DNA of 63,438 nt, taken from assembly GCA_043770255.1 (NCBI GenBank), contig JAYVIL010000085.1, positions 1 through 63,438 on the forward strand, given 5' to 3'. The notes beneath the pieces are model-generated. The model worked only from the letters and a program-made list of their open reading frames with translations, ran no database searches and was not told where the DNA came from. The stretch is from Candidatus Kaiserbacteria bacterium (GTDB lineage Bacteria > Patescibacteriota > Minisyncoccia > Phycocordibacterales > UBA918). Shown piece by piece: positions 26,597 to 37,066 of this stretch (position 1 is its first letter; each line of letters starts with the position of its first letter). The position numbers and the translations under genes were made by a program.

Positions 26597-27610
26597 TTAT
26601 TGAACTGGGGTTGATGTGGCGGCAAATTCTAGTTTTTTTACCTTAGGAACAAAGGTCATTGTTCCCCCGTCAGTAAGTTCAAATGTCAGTGCGCCGTTAC
26701 TCGCTTCATCATAATTAGAAATTTTTGAAACCATTTCAAAATAGACACCCTCTTGAGCACTTTCGCAGAACATTTTAGTTTGGGCAATGGCATCAATTGT
26801 AAACTTGGTAGATGAGCCACTCTCTGCCACAAACGTAGCGCTGCCGGTATTACAGTCGGTACCTAAACTAATGCGATTGGCATCAAATAGTAGGGTGAAT
26901 GTGTCTGGTTTTTCTGGTGTTATTTTTGCACCATCTTTTGCAACTGTCTCCTCCCAGAGATATGCCCCCGCAAATGATTTCGCCTCGATGTATTCTTCAT
27001 TTTTGGGGACTCTCCCCGCTTGCACAATTTGCTTAGTTACAATATCAAAAATAGCAGTTGTCGAAATCTTAGGAATTTCAGTTACTTCTTGGAGCCTGTC
27101 ATGCACCAGATAATTTACCGTTACGGAATTACCCGACCGGGTGACTGATTGAATTTTTATCATTTCGCCAATTGAAAGTGAGGTGACATGGGTCATCTCG
27201 TCGCCTTCAAGTATAGCGAGGTAGTAGCTTTGATTTACTTCACCACTCCCTATCACAATTGGTACCGCCCGGACATTATTTTCTAGCGGAGTTGTGAAAT
27301 CATCCAAGGCAACCAGGGTACTGACTGTGACACCATCAGCTGCAGTAAAACGACCCATCGGGTAATCGCGTTTGGCTGTTGGTGATACCAGATCGAGCGT
27401 CACCTTAAGCTCGCTACTAGTACTGGTGCCAGGCACGACAAATGACTTGCCCGCCAAGGGAAACTCAACTGGTGGGACGATGATACCGGTGAGATCTTTT
27501 GGTGGACGGGGGGCACCGTAGTCATCATCTAACATAAAAAAGTAGTACCCGGCAGCAGCGGTAGCAATCAGGACTAAAATACCAATAACAACGATAATGA
27601 TTTTTTTCAT
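26597..27610 (-). CDS. membrane-anchored protein with C-terminal META (HslJ-like) domain
   Basis: N-terminal TM MKKIIIVVIGILVLIATAAAGYYFF. The C-terminus (FTLLFDANRISLGTDCNTGSATF...AQTKMFCESAQEGVYFEM...GALTFEL) fits the META pattern. Confidence 0.5.
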   Translation of the reverse strand: MKKIIIVVIGILVLIATAAAGYYFFMLDDDYGAPRPPKDLTGIIVPPVEFPLAGKSFVVPGTSTSSELKVTLDLVSPTAKRDYPMGRFTAADGVTVSTLVALDDFTTPLENNVRAVPIVIGSGEVNQSYYLAILEGDEMTHVTSLSIGEMIKIQSVTRSGNSVTVNYLVHDRLQEVTEIPKISTTAIFDIVTKQIVQAGRVPKNEEYIEAKSFAGAYLWEETVAKDGAKITPEKPDTFTLLFDANRISLGTDCNTGSATFVAESGSSTKFTIDAIAQTKMFCESAQEGVYFEMVSKISNYDEASNGALTFELTDGGTMTFVPKVKKLEFAATSTPVQ

Positions 27611-27706
27611 ATAAGAGATTTACCTGCAGATTATAGCAAGGCCTGGTTCTAAGTAAAAGAAACGTTAGACTTGTCCCCTGCAATTCCTCTAAAACTCTAC
27701 TTTATG

Positions 27707-29188
27707 CTATTTGCGCTCTTTCCCAAGGTCTAGGACCTCATCAATTCGGATTTGTTCAACAAACTCTGGTACGTGGGATACTAGAATCATCGCTCCTTTG
27801 TATTCATGCAGGGCTGCTGCGATAACCGGAATATGGCGGAAGTTAATGTGGTTAGTCGGTTCGTCGAGAATCAACAGTCCTGGTCGTTCCATCGTTAGTT
27901 TTGCAAATGCCACGAGGCCTTTTTGACCTTCTGACAGATTCCCCACTCGCGTCTTCATCACATCATTAGTAAGGAGAAATCCTGAGGCGATCGAGCGCAT
28001 CTCTTCTTCAATTTTTCGGGGCATTGAATCCATTAGGGTTTCAAATACCGTTTTATCAAATTCGAGGTTCGAGAAATCCTGGCGGTAATAGCCAATTTTT
28101 ACTCCTTCGGCAATATGCTCGCCGCGGGCCACACCGGAAGCGAGTGATTCAAGAAGTGTCGTTTTGCCAATACCGTTTGGACCCACAATTTGTAGGTGAC
28201 TGCCTCGTTTAATAATCAAGCTACACTCCACATCTTTGGGCTGGTGGTTGCGAATAACTTTATACGAAGTGAGTTTCACCACATCAACAGGCACGTCCGG
28301 CTGGGTTTCAATTGTAAACGGACGAATGGTTCTGTCCTCACGCCGGACGTCGACTTTGTTCTCTTCAGCTTCTTCGACTTCATCGCGCATTCGTTTTGCG
28401 ACCAGACGCATTTTTCCTCCCTTGTTTGAGAAATAGTTAATCTTGTCTTTATTAGCCTGAATCTCTTTGGCCAATTGCGCATTTTGCCGCTGCTCTTTTT
28501 CTACTCGGGCGGCGATGTCTCGGAGCACTCCGTGGTAGTTGCCGTTATACTGCTCTACCTGACGATTTTGTACATTGAGATATAACACGCCGTCTGTAAA
28601 CGAGTTTAGAAAATCGGCATCGTGAGAAATAACGAGTACCGTTTTTTTGTACTCTTTGAGGAACTCAGTCAGGTGGTCAATCCCAGCCACATCTAGATTG
28701 TTAGTTGGCTCATCAAGAAGGAGTACGTCGGGATTTTGTATAAGCGCCGAGGCCAAGAGCAAACGCGCCTGCTGCCCCCCAGAAAAACTACCGATGATAC
28801 GATCTTTAAATGTTTCCTTCATTTTTTCGTTTGGCACCAAGTTCACAATCTCAAGGACGTCATCAATCTTCGGATCAATGTCGTAAACTTTCTCAGTAAA
28901 ACACTGCTCAAAAAAGGCCCGCACGGTGAGCTCTAGTTCTGATCGCGGAATAATCTGGCGAGAAATAGCAATCGTCGTACGCGGCTGGATATTTATATCA
29001 CCCTCGTCTACCTTGAGCAGGCCAGTAATTAAAGCGAACAAGGTACTTTTCCCGGCACCATTTTGCCCCATAAGCGTCAGCTTCGAACCTCGGCGCACCA
29101 CAAAATTAGCCTCTTTTAAAATAGGACGGGTTGCATCATATTCGTATGACACATTGTTAAATACCACCAAGCCTTCCATTTTTGACAT
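27707..29188 (-). CDS. ABC-F family ATPase (two tandem ABC domains, no TM domain)
   Basis: Two Walker A sites (GQNGAGKST, GPNGIGKTT), two signature motifs (FSGGQQARL, LSEGQKGLV) and a charged linker. The start is set at 29188 because the track start lies inside the 29237-29267 terminator. Confidence 0.9.
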   Translation of the reverse strand: MSKMEGLVVFNNVSYEYDATRPILKEANFVVRRGSKLTLMGQNGAGKSTLFALITGLLKVDEGDINIQPRTTIAISRQIIPRSELELTVRAFFEQCFTEKVYDIDPKIDDVLEIVNLVPNEKMKETFKDRIIGSFSGGQQARLLLASALIQNPDVLLLDEPTNNLDVAGIDHLTEFLKEYKKTVLVISHDADFLNSFTDGVLYLNVQNRQVEQYNGNYHGVLRDIAARVEKEQRQNAQLAKEIQANKDKINYFSNKGGKMRLVAKRMRDEVEEAEENKVDVRREDRTIRPFTIETQPDVPVDVVKLTSYKVIRNHQPKDVECSLIIKRGSHLQIVGPNGIGKTTLLESLASGVARGEHIAEGVKIGYYRQDFSNLEFDKTVFETLMDSMPRKIEEEMRSIASGFLLTNDVMKTRVGNLSEGQKGLVAFAKLTMERPGLLILDEPTNHINFRHIPVIAAALHEYKGAMILVSHVPEFVEQIRIDEVLDLGKERK

Positions 29189-29236
29189 AGGACCATACCA
29201 TACACTACTTTTCGATAAATGTGAACGACGCGACAT

Positions 29237-29267
29237 AAAAAAACACCGCACAATGGCGGTGTTTTTT
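29237..29267. terminator. bidirectional terminator
   Basis: AAAAAAACACCGC-ACAATG-GCGGTGTTTTTT. Confidence 0.65.
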
Positions 29268-29279
29268 ATGTAGTTTGGT

Positions 29280-31739
29280 TTATTCTAGTTCTGACAAAAT
29301 TACTTGGATGTTAGCGAGTGTCATTTGAATCTCTGCTAATTGATCAACAGTTGCAGCACCTTTTACTACACCTACAGATGACGTGGTTGATGAGACTGGA
29401 GTAGGCTTTGGTGATACTACTGGGAAAGTAGCTTTGACTTTTTCTGTCACTACCTTACCATCAAGTCCAATCAAGGTAATCGTATATTCACCTGGTGTTC
29501 TATAGGCGTGCTTTAGCGCAACGGTAGTCTGGGTGCCGGTTGGAATGGCTGACACTGTTTGGGTCGCGTTACCCGCATCACCCCATTTCATATACCCGAG
29601 AACGACAGGTCCGGTTGACGTGGTTTTTGGTGACGTAAACACTACCGATACAGCTGCATTTGGTGTCCCAACTGGGTAAGTCAATCCATTAAATCGTGGT
29701 GTCGGCTTTACAGGCTCGGCGGGTACTCCGACTGTAAACTTCTTACGAGCAACTTCTTTGTTATCTGTATACACAATCACTTCATGGATGCCGTTTTGCA
29801 ATTTTGTACCCACTTTGTGTGACCATTTACCTGCAATGACAGGGATGCTACCACTACCATAAACTTTATCACCAGAAGGGCCGGCAATTGATAGACCAAG
29901 CGTAGTGACACGCTCTTCTGCATTTCCGGAAATAGTTGGCATTGAACCGGTAGCAATATTTGTAATAGTTACAAACTTAACTTCTGCGACAAGTTTGACC
30001 TGAGTAGTAGCCTGCACTAGTTTATCCTTCTGTGTACTGGCGTCTTGGCAACTTAATACAAACGGGAGAACTGTTCCTTGAGCATACTTATCTGGAACAT
30101 AATATGTTTTAGTGCCTTGTATTTTCAAATCAGAGAGCCCTAGATTGTTACTAACACCATTTAAATTTTCGGTGATGTAACAAAATGAAGTCCCAGTTGA
30201 TTTCCACGTAAAGGTAACCGGTGTTCCGCCACCAGCTTTAACGGTACTTGGTGTCACTGTAAAGCTGTCAATTTTTGCTGTTTGTTTAGCTGCGCCTATG
30301 AGGTAAAGTACCGGAGTTTTTGATGCCTTTTCGTCGATATCTGTAGTTTTATTAGGAATGTCATCGTTGAACGCTTTATCCAGACTGTAACGAAGTGGTC
30401 CTTCTAACTGAACTCGATACGCTCCTGCCATACCGGTAGCCGGCGTATGCTTGACCGTAAAAGTAAACTCCTCTGTTTCGCCTTCATTGATCAGATGGAT
30501 CGTTCCTGGACCAGACACCACATCTTGTGCTGTGGTAGTCAGAGTCGAGGTGTACCCCTCCAATTGATAGCCATCGAGGAACCGGCCGTCTTTCTCTATC
30601 GAGAAGTTTACGAAACTGTCTTCAGAAAACGGGCGGCCAAAATAATCTAAACCGTTTGGCACACCAGATAAATAAATATCATGATCAACCGCCGTCACTT
30701 CAAATTTAACTCTAAATTCACCTGATTCGCTATTAACAGGCGTATTCGCAATCGTTGTCGCTTCAGTATCAATTATTTCAACAGAAGCTGCTACAGTTGC
30801 ATCATCTACATTCTGTATAAACTCGATTGGGTACGTAGTCATTGGAGCAGCGTTTACCATGTGACCATTTGTTTGTGACCAGATTATTGCCCCTTTCGCA
30901 GGCACTGTCACATTCCAACGATCCCCAACTGGTGTATCTTCATCACTAGTGACCGACAAAAGAAAACTGTATTGTCGATTAGGTGAAATTTTTTGATTGC
31001 CAGCAAAAACAGTTATTTCATAACCGGTACCTACTTTTCTCCACATACTTAAATCACCTGCATTAACGTTGCGAATATTCCATCCATTAGCCGAGAGTGA
31101 AATTTTTTCAAAGGCCACCCAAGGTAGGTTTTCAATATTTGCTTGAGCGGGCGTAAATCGCAATACCACTTTATTGGCATATCGATCAAAACTAGCTGGA
31201 GCAACGTTAATATCTACAATCGATGCATCTTTCTGACCGGGAGTCATTTGATTACCTGTTGCATTATTGGTTCGCACGAATGTGGTTACATCAACTAATA
31301 CAGCCGAAGCATTATTGAGCCAACTCCCAGCGACCCAACCATCAACGCCATTTATAAAATCAATCTGATACCACCTGTAACCAGAAGCAATTATCGGTCC
31401 GGCAACAACCTTACCCCGACTGTCTTGCAACTGAGTACCCAATAGTACACCGGTAACACTTGCTGCTGCGCGCACACGTACGGTAGCTGCGGTTTTGACT
31501 TCTGAACCGACAGCAAATACCTCTGGTGATTCGACCGGTGTTGTACTACCACCCTGCAGAGCTGCAATCTGTGCCATCAGCGCGTTAATTTGTGCCTGCA
31601 GTTCTGCAGTGACACCACTGGTTCGTACTTGCGCTGATGCGGCTGGAGCAAGAACACTAAAACTAATAAAAGCGAGCGCAAACGCCAGGATGATACTGGC
31701 GGTCTGTGTTCGAGTGGTAGCGACGATTTTGTTAAACAT
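29280..31739 (-). CDS. large secreted protein with SH3-like and Ig-like repeats, unknown function
   Basis: The signal peptide is MFNKIVATTRTQTASIILAFALAFISFSVLAPAASA. An SH3b-like stretch (VRVRAAASVTG...GYRWYQIDF..GVDGWVAGSWL) is followed by beta-rich T/V-rich repeats and a C-terminal coiled segment. Confidence 0.55.
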   Translation of the reverse strand: MFNKIVATTRTQTASIILAFALAFISFSVLAPAASAQVRTSGVTAELQAQINALMAQIAALQGGSTTPVESPEVFAVGSEVKTAATVRVRAAASVTGVLLGTQLQDSRGKVVAGPIIASGYRWYQIDFINGVDGWVAGSWLNNASAVLVDVTTFVRTNNATGNQMTPGQKDASIVDINVAPASFDRYANKVVLRFTPAQANIENLPWVAFEKISLSANGWNIRNVNAGDLSMWRKVGTGYEITVFAGNQKISPNRQYSFLLSVTSDEDTPVGDRWNVTVPAKGAIIWSQTNGHMVNAAPMTTYPIEFIQNVDDATVAASVEIIDTEATTIANTPVNSESGEFRVKFEVTAVDHDIYLSGVPNGLDYFGRPFSEDSFVNFSIEKDGRFLDGYQLEGYTSTLTTTAQDVVSGPGTIHLINEGETEEFTFTVKHTPATGMAGAYRVQLEGPLRYSLDKAFNDDIPNKTTDIDEKASKTPVLYLIGAAKQTAKIDSFTVTPSTVKAGGGTPVTFTWKSTGTSFCYITENLNGVSNNLGLSDLKIQGTKTYYVPDKYAQGTVLPFVLSCQDASTQKDKLVQATTQVKLVAEVKFVTITNIATGSMPTISGNAEERVTTLGLSIAGPSGDKVYGSGSIPVIAGKWSHKVGTKLQNGIHEVIVYTDNKEVARKKFTVGVPAEPVKPTPRFNGLTYPVGTPNAAVSVVFTSPKTTSTGPVVLGYMKWGDAGNATQTVSAIPTGTQTTVALKHAYRTPGEYTITLIGLDGKVVTEKVKATFPVVSPKPTPVSSTTSSVGVVKGAATVDQLAEIQMTLANIQVILSELE

Positions 31740-31868
31740 GGTTTTATGGAAACAACTATTATTAATACAACAGAAAGGCCGGAACACATATGTGTTCCGG
31801 CCTCCAGTTACTAATTACAGTACACTAAAAATATATAAACAAAAATATTTTCTGTTGATAACTTACTT

Positions 31869-32510
31869 TTACAGAGTACCCGGCATTCCCTCTAGTCCTT
31901 TTTGCATGTCTTCCATCATTTTTTGCATCTCACTCATATCAGTGAATTCAACATCGCGCGGCGGTACAAAAACAGAATTATCAACTACCCATGGCTTACA
32001 ATCGTACGTCACGTCTGTTTCAGGAGTTACTTGTGGGGCACCAGCTGGTGCCTGTGGTTTTGTGTTATCTTTCACTTCTTCACCATCCACCTCTTTTGGA
32101 AGCGACATTTTCATACCCGTCATTTTTCCCTCATTCAAAAACCAGCTGTACATCATATTTGTAGAACCATCAGTAATCATGTATGAAGCCATCGGTGCAT
32201 CACCGACCACTGAGTACAGCGAATCAACGCGTGATTTTTCCTTGTCAAAGTAGCCTGTCCCTTCTCCTTTCATATCACCACTACTAAATGAAAAAGTGCA
32301 TTCCATACTTTTGCCCAATTTGAACAAAGCCATAATGCTATCTTTACCTTTCATCGAATCTGGATTAGCTGCTGGCACAGTAGTATCACTGGCAGTCATT
32401 TCGGTTTGTGTAGTACCTTGCATGTTGGTGTTGAGACCACTGAAGTACCAGAACCCAACTCCCGTAGCGGCCACGAGACCGAGAACAATTGTGAGAATTA
32501 TTTTTGTCAT
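31869..32510 (-). CDS. membrane-anchored protein with Met-rich C-terminus
   Basis: MTKIILTIVLGLVAATGVGFWYF anchor, with a C-terminal MSEMQKMMEDMQKGLEGM. Confidence 0.45.
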   Translation of the reverse strand: MTKIILTIVLGLVAATGVGFWYFSGLNTNMQGTTQTEMTASDTTVPAANPDSMKGKDSIMALFKLGKSMECTFSFSSGDMKGEGTGYFDKEKSRVDSLYSVVGDAPMASYMITDGSTNMMYSWFLNEGKMTGMKMSLPKEVDGEEVKDNTKPQAPAGAPQVTPETDVTYDCKPWVVDNSVFVPPRDVEFTDMSEMQKMMEDMQKGLEGMPGTL

Positions 32511-32756
32511 AATATTTTTACAATACGAGTCATGTATCGAATGACGACACACGACTCGTAGTAATGTTAGATTTTAATATCGTTTATTTTTTCTTTCTTT
32601 GGTTTTTTCTTTTCTTTCCGCATGTCGTTCCCCTTGGCCATATATGATAGGTTAGTTGCTAAGTGCCTTGTTCCAAATACCGAATTACACTTTATTGTAT
32701 GTTTATACTTAATAATATCACTATTATAAACACAGAATGACGACCCTGGTAGTGCT

Positions 32757-33332
32757 CTAAGGTGCAAATCGCACCGCTTGCTCGAGAGCATCATCGTTTT
32801 CAGGCAACCCTGACGGATTATCTTTTCGTAAAATAAGGCTTCCCCGCTGCATAAAATCAGGATCACCAGCCTGGTAGGGATTTATGAAAGTTAGCTCAGT
32901 TGTAAACGGCACAAATTCATCCGTCATCCAGTCTCCGTCGGCGACAGCGACCCCTTCAGCAATAATCAAACCATCCCAATTGGTCAAACTAACAGGGAAT
33001 GAAGCTTCAAAGAACCAACTACCACGAGCTTTACCAGACAGTTTTAAAGGACTAGTCACAAAGGCGGCAGGTTTTGGACTATCGAGCACGATCAAATTTG
33101 ATTTATCAGTATCTACCGACACCTCTTCCGGACACACAAAAGCACAATTCGGACCAGTCCGACCGACATAACTTCCATCCGGACACTGCAAAGCATCGGC
33201 GGTACACATCACTTCCACGGGAGTTTCGAGTACAGGCTCACTTTCAGGTGCTGTCGCCCGCTCCGCGAGAAATATACTCGCCACAGCCGCCACAAACGCC
33301 AATCCTATAAAAACATACATTGCTTTTATCAT
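32757..33332 (-). CDS. secreted protein with Gmad2-type immunoglobulin-like domain
   Basis: N-terminal hydrophobic anchor. SPLKLSGKARGSWFFEASFPVSLTNWDGLIIAEG...FVPFTTELTF matches what I recall of the Gmad2 Ig-like domain. The start is uncertain (33332-33350). Confidence 0.5.
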   Translation of the reverse strand: MIKAMYVFIGLAFVAAVASIFLAERATAPESEPVLETPVEVMCTADALQCPDGSYVGRTGPNCAFVCPEEVSVDTDKSNLIVLDSPKPAAFVTSPLKLSGKARGSWFFEASFPVSLTNWDGLIIAEGVAVADGDWMTDEFVPFTTELTFINPYQAGDPDFMQRGSLILRKDNPSGLPENDDALEQAVRFAP

Positions 33333-33399
33333 ATACATTAAGTATACCACCTAGGTTTAATATCAATGGTGGATTGTTTGCTCTTACTATAAAAGTACC

Positions 33400-34464
33400 T
33401 TACACACTTTTGGCTTCAAGCTCTTTTACTTTTTGGAGGGCTACCACGTACATACTTTCTGCCCACCCGAGTGGGGTATTATCGTTTGGTTTATCGGTGT
33501 GTGAATAATATAGTTCGGGAACTTGTCCAAGAGGAGTGACCGTCATCTTGGCACGACGGAGATAATAATAAGCTTTTTCTGTCTCTCCACGCTCGGCATA
33601 AATAATCGCGAGCCAGGCTAGACCAAAACACCACTCGGCTTCTTCACTATAGCCATCTTCGTTTTGGTTATAGTAGCGATCTAGCTTATACCGGATAACT
33701 CCTTTGTCGCGCGTGAGATGATATTCAACATTTCGCAAAATTTCTAAAGTTTCTTCTTCGGTAGTGACGGCAAACGGATAAATAAGCGACAGCAGTGCGA
33801 GATCGGCAAACTTGGATTTTGACTCTCGAGGTAATAGGGCCCGCAGAGCTTTTTTCCCCTGTTCTATCGCACCCTCAGGCACTGTGAGCCACGCCACAGC
33901 CGTCGCTTTCTCTAAAGCAGCGATACATGAACCAATAGATGAAGCGTGGACCTCCATAGTCTCTTCCCAAATGCCGTTGTCGGGATCCTGCCAATATTCC
34001 AGAGCTACTAAATAATTAATTATTTTTTGCACCACCTCTCGTTCTTCAACAGTTTCCACTACACTCGCGCCACGAAGTTCGAGTTCCACAATAATATTAA
34101 GCACTTCGCCCACCGCATCGTTTTGACTATTTCCCCACTCTTCCCAATATTCCTCAAAAGTTTCTGGATTAAAACGGGCGTGAATCCGTTGCCACGTTTC
34201 GTGTGGCTTGTGCTCTATGGCCCAACTAATTTTAGCCTCATGTTTAACAAATACTTCAAGCAGCGCTCGGGCGGCACTTTGTACTACTTCTATCTCGCCC
34301 GTCTCGAGAAAGCCCAGCATCATAAAGTAAATATCCCGCAACCAGGCCTTGTCGTAGCCAGTACCGACGTCATGGGCTGACGCAGTGAAGACACCCGAGG
34401 GTTTCTGCAGTCGTTTGAGCTGCTCTAAGTGCGCCACTATTTCGGCATCAAAATCAATAGTCAT
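33400..34464 (-). CDS. glycoside hydrolase family 15-like (glucoamylase-type alpha/alpha-barrel) protein
   Basis: KAWLRDIYF, NSQNDAVGE, GIWEETMEVHASS, EAEWCFGLAWLAI, GQVPELYY and PLGWAESMY fit GH15 conserved blocks. Confidence 0.65.
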   Translation of the reverse strand: MTIDFDAEIVAHLEQLKRLQKPSGVFTASAHDVGTGYDKAWLRDIYFMMLGFLETGEIEVVQSAARALLEVFVKHEAKISWAIEHKPHETWQRIHARFNPETFEEYWEEWGNSQNDAVGEVLNIIVELELRGASVVETVEEREVVQKIINYLVALEYWQDPDNGIWEETMEVHASSIGSCIAALEKATAVAWLTVPEGAIEQGKKALRALLPRESKSKFADLALLSLIYPFAVTTEEETLEILRNVEYHLTRDKGVIRYKLDRYYNQNEDGYSEEAEWCFGLAWLAIIYAERGETEKAYYYLRRAKMTVTPLGQVPELYYSHTDKPNDNTPLGWAESMYVVALQKVKELEAKSV

Positions 34465-34485
34465 ATAAAAAGAACTGGATTAGTA

Positions 34486-34914
34486 TTACTTGATAGTATC
34501 CCATACGACCTTTCCGTGAGTCGTGATTTCAGACAGGGGCGGTAGCTTTTTTGTCACCCGCGCGGCGGCAGCTGGATAGTAACTGAGGAGTTCTGCATAG
34601 AGGGCCACTGTCTTTTCGTACGCTTCAAATAGTTTGAGCAACTTTACCATTGCTTGTTCTGCACGGTAATCATTTTTACCTAACACTTCTTTGTATAACG
34701 CGTCCACTGCTTCACGGTTTTGTTGCGCAAACGCCACCATACAATCAGCTGGACTGGTGAGGGCGTACTCGCGTTCGTTTGAAATAAACCTTCGTTTCAT
34801 CTCGACCGGAAACCGACTCTCGAGCTCATCAAGGACTAAAGCCAAGGCCTCAACCCGCTTTTGCTCCACCAGTGACATTGTCTCCTGCCCCTCTTTTTTA
34901 GGTAATTTTTCCAT
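34486..34914 (-). CDS. hypothetical helical protein
   Basis: A 142-aa ORF 21 nt downstream of the GH15-like gene. I recognise no motif. Confidence 0.4.
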   Translation of the reverse strand: MEKLPKKEGQETMSLVEQKRVEALALVLDELESRFPVEMKRRFISNEREYALTSPADCMVAFAQQNREAVDALYKEVLGKNDYRAEQAMVKLLKLFEAYEKTVALYAELLSYYPAAAARVTKKLPPLSEITTHGKVVWDTIK

Positions 34915-35000
34915 TACATATAGTATACCGTAATGGCTCTATCAGTTTAAGATAAATATAAGAACGGCGCGTCTCGTAGACGCGCCGTTTCGAACTGTAC

Positions 35001-35612
35001 TTATACTATTAAGCGGTAACAGCCTTTCTCTTTCTTTGGTATAACTTCAAAAAGACCGATCGTATTCAAATTTATTCTCAATCGACAGACATGTGATTCA
35101 ACCAAATGCGTAATGGCATTTTCTGAACAACCAAGCTGGGTGAGGATGAGATTCATCCTCACTGGCTGACCACGGGCTTCAAGCAACAGACGGAGTATCT
35201 GTAACTCTTTAGGAGTAACAGTGACTTTTGTTGACCCTCTGTAGAGAGTGTCCCCTTGCAGCCTGAGCAATCCAAATTTCTTGGATGCTCGTATGATGTT
35301 GCCATTAATTCGTGTAGAGATTTTTTCAACCAATGTCCACGATGGCGATCCTATCACAAAACCATCAAAGCCAAGATCAAGCAGGGCTTCGAGTCGTGTG
35401 TTTGAAAACCCCTCCTCAGTAAAGCGAGCAAGCAACACGGGCCTCTGAACTTTTTTTTTCAGATTTTGTAGCCAAAGAACTAAAACATTATCTGGCTGGT
35501 CCGCATCAGCGCACCACACGAAGTCGGAGTGCTGCATATTCCACTCCCTTTGACTGTGCACGGCAATCGGAGGGTTGGTTGGCAGCGTAGACTTTGGCAT
35601 CACCACATTCAT
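35001..35612 (-). CDS. OmpR/PhoB-type winged-helix DNA-binding protein with degenerate receiver-like N-domain
   Basis: The C-terminus VTPKELQILRLLLEARGQPVRMNLILTQL...VESHVCRLRINL...GCYRLIV matches the Trans_reg_C pattern. There is no adjacent histidine kinase. Confidence 0.6.
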   Translation of the reverse strand: MNVVMPKSTLPTNPPIAVHSQREWNMQHSDFVWCADADQPDNVLVLWLQNLKKKVQRPVLLARFTEEGFSNTRLEALLDLGFDGFVIGSPSWTLVEKISTRINGNIIRASKKFGLLRLQGDTLYRGSTKVTVTPKELQILRLLLEARGQPVRMNLILTQLGCSENAITHLVESHVCRLRINLNTIGLFEVIPKKEKGCYRLIV

Positions 35613-35866
35613 TTATTATCTCCCTTCAGTTTCATTCTGGTGCTATCATACACGTAAATATATAAATGTTAAGGGCTTCCCTTTTTAATAGACGTCGCAG
35701 TAGAAAACTTCTCCAGAAATCACCTATTCACCTAAGTCGTTCCTAGCAGAAGCTTCCTACTACCTAATACCAATTCCAACCCTAAATTGCCTAAGCGTAT
35801 ATTACCAAGGCATTGCCTCGGCGGGAGCTAAGTAAAAAGCCAGCGCAGTGCGCTGGCTTTCAATCA

Positions 35867-36151
35867 TCACTCCACCCGGTACTCTGAACCGAGAACAAGG
35901 ACGGGCTGATGCTCCGACAGTTGTCGGCTGATGTGCCCTGCCACCTCAGGACTGTTGACGTCACGGCAAGTGCGGAACACCGGTTCCGCAGAAGACGTTT
36001 TCTTGCTAGACAGTCTTTCCGCTTCGATTTCCGCGGCTGTCTGAAATTCAAGTGGGCCAACTGCACCCTCAGGAATGACTGGTTGGTCATGGTCGGCAAA
36101 ATGCTTGAACATGTTGCCTTCTGCGAGATGTAAGCGACGGTCTGTAGTCAT
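35867..36151 (-). CDS. possible 94-aa protein, unknown
   Basis: An ORF in a locally GC-richer patch, followed by the hairpin GCCAGCGCA-GTG-CGCTGGC (35840-35860). No motif recognised. Confidence 0.25.
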   Translation of the reverse strand: MTTDRRLHLAEGNMFKHFADHDQPVIPEGAVGPLEFQTAAEIEAERLSSKKTSSAEPVFRTCRDVNSPEVAGHISRQLSEHQPVLVLGSEYRVE

Positions 36152-36254
36152 GGCACTCCCTTTCGAATACCGGTTACGTTTCTAATGGCATTTAATCACA
36201 CCTCGCTGACAATTCCAAATGAAAACCGAAGTTCGCACTGGTAAGATTACAACA

Positions 36255-36740
36255 CTACCGTTGAGCTTGCACTACCTTCAAGGCTTCGCTCGCATAGCGG
36301 TGAATTTCTTTTCGCATTCGTGGGTCAGTTGCTACTAGTTCATCAAGCTCGGCTTGGGTAACCCAGCGACATTCTGCTCCCTGATCCTCGTCTGCCTGCG
36401 GATTTATTTCCATACTATCTGACACCGCTGCAAATACAAACGCTGAGTGATCATGGTCACCCTTGATAGTATGACGATTAACGAACAGCGGTGGAACTAA
36501 ATCAAGATTGGTGTCGGTATCAGTCTTAACCCAACCGATTGGACCAACGAGTTCGACTTTTAAGCCAGCCTCTTCCCACGCTTCACGAATCGCCGCTTCG
36601 TTGACATCTTGCCCGGCATCAATGTGACCACCAACGGAACCCCAGTTATGGTATTTTTCATGCATCCGGATCAGTACCCTATCCCCACACACCACATACG
36701 TATCAACACACAAGTCGAGATAATAATTATTATGAGCCAT
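36255..36740 (-). CDS. Nudix hydrolase
   Basis: Canonical Nudix box GGHIDAGQDVNEAAIREAWEEAGL. Confidence 0.85.
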   Translation of the reverse strand: MAHNNYYLDLCVDTYVVCGDRVLIRMHEKYHNWGSVGGHIDAGQDVNEAAIREAWEEAGLKVELVGPIGWVKTDTDTNLDLVPPLFVNRHTIKGDHDHSAFVFAAVSDSMEINPQADEDQGAECRWVTQAELDELVATDPRMRKEIHRYASEALKVVQAQR

Positions 36741-36775
36741 GCCGGTAGTATAGCAAATTGGTTAAAAGGTGTTTA
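36694..36775. repeat. left copy of an ~80-bp direct repeat (5' end + upstream region of the Nudix gene)
   Basis: CACATACGTATCA.CACA..GTCGAGATAATAATTATTATGAGCCATGC.GGTAG.ATAGCAAATTGGTT recurs at 39353-39432 with a few mismatches. Confidence 0.8.
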
Positions 36776-36811
36776 CTTGATATACACAACATTTGTGTGT
36801 ATACTTGTCTT

Positions 36812-37066
36812 ATGCCCACAACAGCAATTAAAAGAGTGAACATATCGCTCCCTCAATCTACCTTAGAAAAAATTGATGCTTTAACTGAGCCAGGCGACCG
36901 AAGCCGGTTCATTGATCAGGCGGTGCATTTTTATGTTGATGCTGTAGGAAAAAAACAATTACGACAATCACTCAAAGAAGGTGCCTTGCGAAATACTAAT
37001 CGTGATACTGATATAGCCGCCCAGTGGTTTCAAGTTGATGAATCAGTATGGCAAAACAAACCGTAA
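36812..37066 (+). CDS. ribbon-helix-helix (CopG/MazE-like) antitoxin
   Basis: MPTTAIKRVNISLPQSTLEKIDALTEPGDRSRFIDQAVHFY has the RHH pattern. It overlaps the mazF-like gene by 19 nt. Confidence 0.7.
   Translation: MPTTAIKRVNISLPQSTLEKIDALTEPGDRSRFIDQAVHFYVDAVGKKQLRQSLKEGALRNTNRDTDIAAQWFQVDESVWQNKP

Noticed and set aside
32567-32641. A 24-aa Lys-rich mini-ORF (MAKGNDMRKEKKKPKKEKINDIKI) downstream of the Gmad2-like gene
   Set aside because: It is too short to support, and it has no SD and no conservation evidence available to me. The long track ORF 32567-32866 overlaps the end of the neighbouring gene.
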